Origin: Lentisphaeria bacterium
GTDB lineage: Bacteria > Verrucomicrobiota > Lentisphaeria > JABSQK01 > JAWLHB01
DNA: 33,618 bases
Assembly (NCBI GenBank): GCA_041690595.1
Contig: JAWLHB010000064.1
Location: 1-33,618 of the forward strand
Direction of reading: 5' to 3'
In this document: positions 27,452-33,618 of the stretch, piece after piece
Layout: each line of letters opens with the position of its first letter
Position numbering within the stretch: the first letter of the stretch is position 1
Program-made: the position numbers and the translations under genes
The notes under the pieces: generated by a model
Seen by the model: the letters and a program-made list of their open reading frames with translations, nothing else
What the model was told of the DNA's origin: nothing
Database searches by the model: none

Positions 27452-30400
27452 GGTGTTTCCTCAAAGATGAATAATCGGAAATCGTCGCTTCGCACGGGGC
27501 AGGTCAGGACGCCGTCCTGCCAGATGAAGGCGGCGTCTTTGTTGCGGGGCTCAGTGTCGATGGCGTCATCGAGCATGGACATGAGCTCTGCCTTTGGCTT
27601 CGGCGTTTCAGTCTCGAAGCTGCGGATGAGTGTGGGGTCGACGTCGGTGACCTTCAACGTACCGGACAAGCCCATGACGTCGTCAGAAAGCTTCACCTTG
27701 GCGTCGAGCCGTTCATCGCCGCCGTTGACCAGAATAACGAGGCACTTGCCGGGGCGTTTCCAGGCGCTGATGTAAAATTCGTCGTGGCTGTGCGTGGCAA
27801 GGCCGTGGTCGTCCCAATACGGGATGAACGCGGTGTCCGGTTCGCGCAGACCGAATTCGCGATGGAAGACGCTCGGGCGGTCGTAGATGTTGTCGGTGTT
27901 GAAGCGCCATTTGATATCGTGCACCGCCAGCGCCGCGACGTAAGCACGATCCATGCGATACCCCCACTCGGGGAATTGCTTGCGACTGTTCGCCTCCTCC
28001 GCGCCGCCCCAGCTGAGCCAGGCGGTGATGATGCCCCACTTCGCGTGATGGGCAAAGCGAAGGCGCCCCATCGACCATTTGTCGAGGAAGGTCTTCGTTT
28101 CGGGGTGCTTCGTGTAGAGCCATTCGCCGTCGTAAACGACGTCAAAAAAGCTCATATACGGAATGTAGTAAGTGTTGGTATGGTGCGCGATGAGCTGCGG
28201 TGCGATGCCGTGGTCGAGGAAGATCTGGCGCATGCGCTTGTAGCGCTTGCGGTAGGCGCGCCACTGCCAGCCGGGTTGCAGGTGGCCGTCGGGCAATGTG
28301 TAGGTGCACGGACCTTCGAGCTGGGGCGACGGCCAGGTGTCGTCGATGTAGGTGCCGCGGACGAAGCCGTCGGTCTGCACGATCCACTGGGTCAGCGCCC
28401 AGGCGGCGAAGTCTTGAAATGCATCGGTGTAGGTTGCCCATGGACCGCGGTTGCGGTAGACGGTGGCCTGCCATTCCTCGCTATGCTCGGGGAAAGCGCC
28501 CACCCACGCCTGGTTCAGGTAGATGCCGGGCACGGTGACCTCGAGATGGCTGGGCTCCCGCCCCCAGAACGCCGTGAAGCGCTCGATCTCGCCCTGATAA
28601 TCACGCCACATGCGGCCGGCGAAGTCGTCGGGGCTGTCCTTGCCGTAGGCGCGGGCCAGCACCGCCTCCCAGTCTTCGTCGAGCGGCAGTTGGTCGAAAT
28701 GCGTCGCCTTGGTCGGGCCTTTGAGGCTGTTGCCGGTCTGGCCGTCGGGATAGGTGACGAGGCCGGCGTTCATGCGCCAGTTTTCGGGTAAGGCCTTGAC
28801 CGGCGTCGGGTGCAGGCCGAAGGCGAAGGTGCGAGGGGCGTCGAGCGTGACGGGCTCGGTGATGATACGCAGGACGGTGCGCACGGCGCCGTGGTGGCGC
28901 TCGACGGTGACGGCGGGGGTCTCGGTCGACTGCGTCCAGCCGCGGTCACTCTCGGCGAACCACGCCATGCCGCGCTCCATACCGGTGACCATCACGTACG
29001 GGATGAAGCTGCCGCGCAGCTCCGGCGGCAGAAAGACCGCCTCGGCATCGTTGCTGCGGAAAATCACGCCCTCGCCCTCCGGCAGGACATCGCCAGTGTT
29101 GGTCGTGGTGAGGTGGCGGAAGGTGCGGCCGGCGGCGAACTTCATGTCGCCGCTCCACCAGTGGTGGAGATCGTCGGCGTCTTCGCTGTACGGGATCGTG
29201 AGTGTCAGAGTGTCGATGGTGGCGGTGTCGGCGTTCGGCGCGAGGGTGACGTCGAACCACATCATGCCATCGTACTCGAGATAGCCGTCGACCGTGGCGT
29301 GCCAGGTGTCGGAACGCAGGGTGCCGCGCCAGTCAAGACGGGATTCGGAATGGGTTGTGATCGTCAGCTCACCCGGTTGCAGAGCTGCGTCGGCGGTCAG
29401 GGCCACGGGCGCGGCGAGGATGGGTTTGCCGACGGACATGATTTGCTCTGGGAAACCGCTGCCGGCGAGCGTGATCTCGCGACGGCTGATGCGGACGGTG
29501 TTGCCGTCGACCTCGATCGGCGTCCAGCCGGGCATGACCTTGTCAGAGACGCCGAAGTTATTGTCGTACCAGGGTGGCTTCTCACGCGTGAAGGTGGTGC
29601 CGCCAGCGATGTGGTCGGCCGCGACCACAACCTCGAGTTTGCCGAAGGGCAAGGGCTGCGTCTCGAGCCGGGCGAAGCCGTACTGGCCGGGGATGAGCGT
29701 CAGCTCGGCGCGAGCGAGCACCTTGCCTTCATGGCGTAACTCAAGCGTGCCGGTGGTCGTTTCTGTCAGTTCCAGGGGCCAAACCCAGACCTTGAGCCAG
29801 CCGAGGACGCCGTTACTCTCAACGCGGACGTCGAGTTGCGGAGGGGGCGGCGCTTCCACCAGGGGAACGTGCGCGGCAATTTCCGCTGGGCTGAGGGCGC
29901 GGCGATAGAGGCGAATCTCGTCCACGGCAGTCGAGACCTTGTCGGAGACCGCAGTCTCCAGTACCGCCTGGCTGATGACCGGTTTGGCTTTGCAGACGAC
30001 ACTGAAGCCTCCTGCGGCCCTTGGCTTGCCGTTGACGTAGGTCAAGACGTCGTCGCCCTGCCACGTGATCGCGACATGCGTCCAGCGACCGGGCGTGAGC
30101 GGCTCGATGCCACTTCGCTCCGCTCTAGGGCGGATGAACGCGGCGACGGACAGTATGTCGCCGAGGCTCAAGAGCCGGGTCGACCCGGCCTTCTCCCAGT
30201 TACTCGCCTTATGGAGGTTGTCCCAATCCATGGGGCGCAGCCAAAATGCCAGCGTACCCGACGGCGCGACTTCGACGGTCTCCCGCAGCGGCGGAATATC
30301 CTTTCCGATACGGAACGCGCCGCCGTAAACGCCGGGCAACTCATCGGTCAGCGACGGTTCATCGCACGTCCAATGGGTGATTCGATCAGCTTCGGCGACA

Positions 30401-31047
30401 GAAGGCGGCGGTTGCGTGGGATCGACCCACTCGCGATGGTCCGCGTAAAAGGGTGTCGGCTTCCGCAGGCTGCGTACATCGTCGATGACGCCATCGAGCC
30501 CCGGGCCGATCCGGAAGGTTTCGCTGCGATGGTTGACCAGGCCCGGTGTGTTGGTCATGAGAATGAGCGTTTCGCCATCGAGCTGGATCTCGACATCGCC
30601 CTGCCAGGACTGATTGACGTACGCCGCGCGGGTCAACACAGCAAGATGCAGCCATCTCCCAGCAAGCACCACCGGCACAGTCTCGGCCTGGCGTATACCA
30701 TAAGCATCCAGAAACAGGCGCCCTTCCTGGTCCAGCGCCACGGTCAGCGGCGTGCCGCCTCCCATCAGCCGCAGGAGTGGGGTCTTTTCTGCTGGCAATG
30801 CGTCCAGCCGAAAACTGAAGGCCACCGTTGCCTGGCGGGTGCTGCAATCCCCACTGAATGATTCGGAAGCTGTCAGACGCAGGCCATTGCCGAACCGACC
30901 ATGGACATCCCCGTCGTCGAAGCCGTAGATCAGCGCCTCCGGATTCGCCGGGGCGGGCTCCCAGAAGATCGCACGATGCTGATAGGGCGCCTCAGCTCGA
31001 CTGCATAAGGCCCCCGCCAACAGGCAGATGATCAAGAATGTTTTCAC
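27448..31047 (-). CDS. Secreted protein (~1199 aa): two LamG-like jelly-roll domains plus DUF6067-like putative glycoside hydrolase
   Basis: Start re-called at GTG 31047 behind AAGGAGG, giving the signal peptide VKTFLIICLLAGALCSRA. LamG motifs GRWLHLAV/GVIDDVR and GTLAFWLRP/WTHVAITW/DEIRLYRRALS. Core motifs PGWTPI, YDGMMWF, GMAWFAESDRGW, TPVK, GTYIDD, DGE, FIPYW. Confidence 0.8.
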   Translation of the reverse strand: MKTFLIICLLAGALCSRAEAPYQHRAIFWEPAPANPEALIYGFDDGDVHGRFGNGLRLTASESFSGDCSTRQATVAFSFRLDALPAEKTPLLRLMGGGTPLTVALDQEGRLFLDAYGIRQAETVPVVLAGRWLHLAVLTRAAYVNQSWQGDVEIQLDGETLILMTNTPGLVNHRSETFRIGPGLDGVIDDVRSLRKPTPFYADHREWVDPTQPPPSVAEADRITHWTCDEPSLTDELPGVYGGAFRIGKDIPPLRETVEVAPSGTLAFWLRPMDWDNLHKASNWEKAGSTRLLSLGDILSVAAFIRPRAERSGIEPLTPGRWTHVAITWQGDDVLTYVNGKPRAAGGFSVVCKAKPVISQAVLETAVSDKVSTAVDEIRLYRRALSPAEIAAHVPLVEAPPPPQLDVRVESNGVLGWLKVWVWPLELTETTTGTLELRHEGKVLARAELTLIPGQYGFARLETQPLPFGKLEVVVAADHIAGGTTFTREKPPWYDNNFGVSDKVMPGWTPIEVDGNTVRISRREITLAGSGFPEQIMSVGKPILAAPVALTADAALQPGELTITTHSESRLDWRGTLRSDTWHATVDGYLEYDGMMWFDVTLAPNADTATIDTLTLTIPYSEDADDLHHWWSGDMKFAAGRTFRHLTTTNTGDVLPEGEGVIFRSNDAEAVFLPPELRGSFIPYVMVTGMERGMAWFAESDRGWTQSTETPAVTVERHHGAVRTVLRIITEPVTLDAPRTFAFGLHPTPVKALPENWRMNAGLVTYPDGQTGNSLKGPTKATHFDQLPLDEDWEAVLARAYGKDSPDDFAGRMWRDYQGEIERFTAFWGREPSHLEVTVPGIYLNQAWVGAFPEHSEEWQATVYRNRGPWATYTDAFQDFAAWALTQWIVQTDGFVRGTYIDDTWPSPQLEGPCTYTLPDGHLQPGWQWRAYRKRYKRMRQIFLDHGIAPQLIAHHTNTYYIPYMSFFDVVYDGEWLYTKHPETKTFLDKWSMGRLRFAHHAKWGIITAWLSWGGAEEANSRKQFPEWGYRMDRAYVAALAVHDIKWRFNTDNIYDRPSVFHREFGLREPDTAFIPYWDDHGLATHSHDEFYISAWKRPGKCLVILVNGGDERLDAKVKLSDDVMGLSGTLKVTDVDPTLIRSFETETPKPKAELMSMLDDAIDTEPRNKDAAFIWQDGVLTCPVRSDDFRLFIFEETP

Positions 31048-31060
31048 CGATCCTCCTTCT

Positions 31061-31133
31061 TTATCGATAAGCTTATTCAATAAAGCCGTTTGTCAAGTGG
31101 AGGGCTTGAATTTGGCCACATTATCGATACACT
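31061..31133. promoter_or_regulatory. Divergent promoter region with two copies of the palindrome TTATCGATA(A/C)
   Basis: TTATCGATAA at 31061..31070 is a perfect palindrome; TTATCGATAC is at 31121..31130. Plus strand TTGAAT (31106)-N16-TACACT (31128). Minus strand TTGACA (31096..31091)-N15-TAAGCT has suboptimal spacing. Confidence 0.6.
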
Positions 31134-31141
31134 CTATCAGT

Positions 31142-32632
31142 ATGGACATATCCAGACAAAACGGTTCGGCGGCAAGATCGATGCGTATCACGAAGTACGA
31201 ACAATTAGCGGCGTACCTGAAGCAGGAGTACATCTATGGGAAAGCGGCGATGTCCCCCCTTCCATCGATTCCTCGCCTCATGGACAGCCAGGGCATCTCA
31301 CAGGCAACCGTGGACCGTGCGCTCAGTCTTCTGGAGCAGGATGGCCTGATCGTCAAGAAGCCGGGGATCGGTTGTTTTGTGGCCAAATCGGCAGATCAGC
31401 TTACCGATGACGAGGCGCCGGATCATCTGTCCATGGAGATCGCCCGCTCGGGGCAAGTCCAACGGCCCCCGGTGCGGGCCGCGGTCTGCAGTATGCCTGG
31501 TGAAACCAACCCGCTGTGGACGGCATTGGCCGACGCCATGAGTGAGAGCGACATCGGTCTGAAGCTCGATCTCGTCTATCACAACGTCTCGCAGGAGAGC
31601 TATCGCAGCCTTCTGGATGCGGATCTGCCGGTGGACCTGGTTTACGCCTCCCCCGCGAACATCGACTGGCTCGTGAGTGAAGATCTGCTGATGGATCTGA
31701 GCGAGTTCGATCGTCCCTGGGAAGAACAGGCGGTCCTGCTGGATCTGCCCAGCCGGGTAGCTGCTCGCGTCGTACCCTATTCGTATGTAGCGCGCGTGGT
31801 GCTGTATGACCAGGCCATCATGGAGGCTCTGGGCTACGACTACTCGCGTGGCTGGTCGTGGGCCGATTTCCGCCAGATCTGCGTGGAGTTGCGTGAGGAA
31901 GTCCCCGCCGATCGCCCGGTCCTGCTGCTGGACGATTACCGTGCGTTCTTCAGTCAGTGGGGGATCGAACTCGTTGGTCCGGACAAGCGTGTCCAGTTCG
32001 ACAACGACCTCGTCGCCGAAGCCCTGCACTATCTGCGCGATCTGTACCAGCAACTTCGGGCTTTCCCCCTCTGCAGCCAACTTGACCTGCAGGCCATCGT
32101 CGGACATCTTCGGGACGCTCACCCCGTGCTATGCATCGGTCGGACGCCATGGAAGACGCGGCTTGAGCAGATGGGGGCCAGTCGCCTTGGCATGTGGCCG
32201 GTTCCCCTTGGTGAAGGCGGCTTCCAGACCATGGCCATCAACTATCTGGGCATCTATGCCTACAGCTATTTTCCTGAACAGGCATGGGATGTAATTCGCT
32301 ATATCTGCAGCGAAAAGGGCCAACGCATCATCGACACCACGCACCTGGAGTTCCCGCTCCATGCCACGGGGGTGGAGCACCCGCATGCTCAGGAAATGCT
32401 GCGCCGCTTCAGCAGCGCGGACGCTCAGCCGGACGCTTCCACGGTCCTTCATCGCTCCTCTCTGCCCTCACGCATCATGGATCAGCTGACCTGCAGCGTC
32501 CTCAACCCCGAGATCGAGAGCTTCCTGCAGGGCCACACAACAACCGCGACCTGCATGGGACGCATCACGCGCATCGGCAGCACCATGGTGCGCAACGCGA
32601 TCGCCCACAGCCGCCGCATCGGCCTGCTATAG
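31142..32632 (+). CDS. GntR-family wHTH fused to an ABC-type (family 1) sugar-binding-protein-like domain
   Basis: KYEQLAAYLK..PLPSIPRLM..ISQATVDRALSLLEQDGLIVKKPGIGCFV, then DLLMDLS, VPYSY..VLYD, WSWADF, AWDVIRYICSEKGQ. The start is 31142 or 31181 rather than 31028. Confidence 0.85.
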   Translation: MDISRQNGSAARSMRITKYEQLAAYLKQEYIYGKAAMSPLPSIPRLMDSQGISQATVDRALSLLEQDGLIVKKPGIGCFVAKSADQLTDDEAPDHLSMEIARSGQVQRPPVRAAVCSMPGETNPLWTALADAMSESDIGLKLDLVYHNVSQESYRSLLDADLPVDLVYASPANIDWLVSEDLLMDLSEFDRPWEEQAVLLDLPSRVAARVVPYSYVARVVLYDQAIMEALGYDYSRGWSWADFRQICVELREEVPADRPVLLLDDYRAFFSQWGIELVGPDKRVQFDNDLVAEALHYLRDLYQQLRAFPLCSQLDLQAIVGHLRDAHPVLCIGRTPWKTRLEQMGASRLGMWPVPLGEGGFQTMAINYLGIYAYSYFPEQAWDVIRYICSEKGQRIIDTTHLEFPLHATGVEHPHAQEMLRRFSSADAQPDASTVLHRSSLPSRIMDQLTCSVLNPEIESFLQGHTTTATCMGRITRIGSTMVRNAIAHSRRIGLL

Positions 32633-32645
32633 GACGGAATGGCAT

Positions 32646-33521
32646 ATGTTGATCGGAACGCAGTATTTCCGCCCGCCCAATCCAGAACCGGAGGTGTGGG
32701 AAACCGACCTGCGGCAGATTGCGGCTCTGGAGATGAGCCTGGTTCGCTGCTGGGTCTACTGGCGTTGCGTTGAACCTCGGGAAGGCGATTGGGGTTGGGA
32801 CCATTACGATCGGTTCATGGAGTTGGCGCGGCAAAACGGACTGGACGTGGTCATGCAATTCATCCCCGAGTGCCAGCCAAACTGGTTTCTGCAGCGCCAT
32901 CGCGATCTCTGGCCGCGCAACGAACACGGCGACGAATACGGGCAGGAAGGCTATGGCATGGTCACCATCGGCGGCTACCCCGGCATCTCCTTCGATCAAC
33001 CGCCCGCGGCCGAGGCCATCGCCCGTTTCTACCGCGAGACCGTCAACCGCTACCGCCACCACCCGGCGCTGCATACCTGGGACGTCTGGAACGAGATCCA
33101 GCCACACGCCGGCTTCATCAGCTACGACGCCTGCACGACTACACGCTGGCGCGGCTACCTGGAGTCGACCTTCGGCACCATCGACAACCTCAACCGGCGC
33201 ATGCTCACGCAATATGCCGCCTTCGACGAAATCCCGATGAAGCGCCCCGGCATCACCTTCACCGGGCCGCAGCAGTGGCATGTGCTCTTTCATGAATTCC
33301 GCCATTGGCGGGTCGAGGACGAAATGGCCCACCGCGCCGCTCTCATCCGGGCAATCGACACCGATCACCCCGTCGTTGCCCACAGCTCCAACACGCCGAT
33401 GACCAACCTGGCGCAGAACGAATGGCGGTTCGCCAAACACCTCGACGGCTACGGCACCAGCCAATATCTCACCGAATACACCACCAAGCCGGCCGCCGAT
33501 TACCGCTACGCCGCCATGTAC
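32646..33521 (+). pseudogene. GH42-like beta-galactosidase, 5' half only, interrupted near 33521
   Basis: IGTQYFRPP, WETDLRQI, WRCVEPREGDWGWD, WDVWNE, YLESTFGTIDNLN. The frame enters foreign-looking sequence at 33522 and stops at 33548, about 300 aa versus 666 aa for the intact GH42-like gene in this window. Confidence 0.75.
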
Positions 33522-33618
33522 GTAAGCGTCAAAAATACCCCATGGTGAATATTCGCTTGCTCGTGCGCACAGTATCTCCTGTGACTTGAACCCCCTACAG
33601 GAGATCATGAGGATGAGC
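33522..33618 (+). mobile_element. Probable left end of an IS66-family insertion sequence (runs off the window)
   Basis: An abrupt junction begins GTAAGCGTC, and IS66 terminal repeats begin GTAA(GCG). Composition shifts here, and AGGAG plus ATG (33607) near the window end could be the first IS ORF. No transposase is visible. Confidence 0.55.

Noticed and set aside
1..33618. CRISPR arrays, tRNA/rRNA genes, defence systems, DGR or reverse transcriptase, invertible repeats around the pilins
   Set aside because: No spaced repeats, RNA gene signatures, RT/recombinase/nuclease motifs or near-identical repeats were seen. The paralogues look anciently diverged.

Overview
GC-rich bacterial accessory region, most likely from a Lentisphaerota/PVC-type genome (inferred from the [24 protein letters not shown] prepilin-like proteins, GntR/LacI-hybrid regulators and sulfatases). 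Nearly the whole window is a complex-glycan utilisation island. It holds three GntR-type regulators, each near an AT-rich promoter with a palindrome; two prepilin-like (DUF1559-type) genes, one broken by two in-frame stops; and two ~1100-aa paralogues with a GATase-like domain and a His-less PHP-like domain. It also encodes a divergent GH36-like protein, two GH42-like beta-galactosidases (one cut by a probable IS66 end), two DUF6067-like proteins (one frameshifted), a DUF5696-like protein plus a hidden relic of a paralogue, two Cys-type sulfatases and a CE7-like esterase. No transporter, RNA gene or CRISPR array is recognisable. All family calls come from motifs read by eye; no searches were run.
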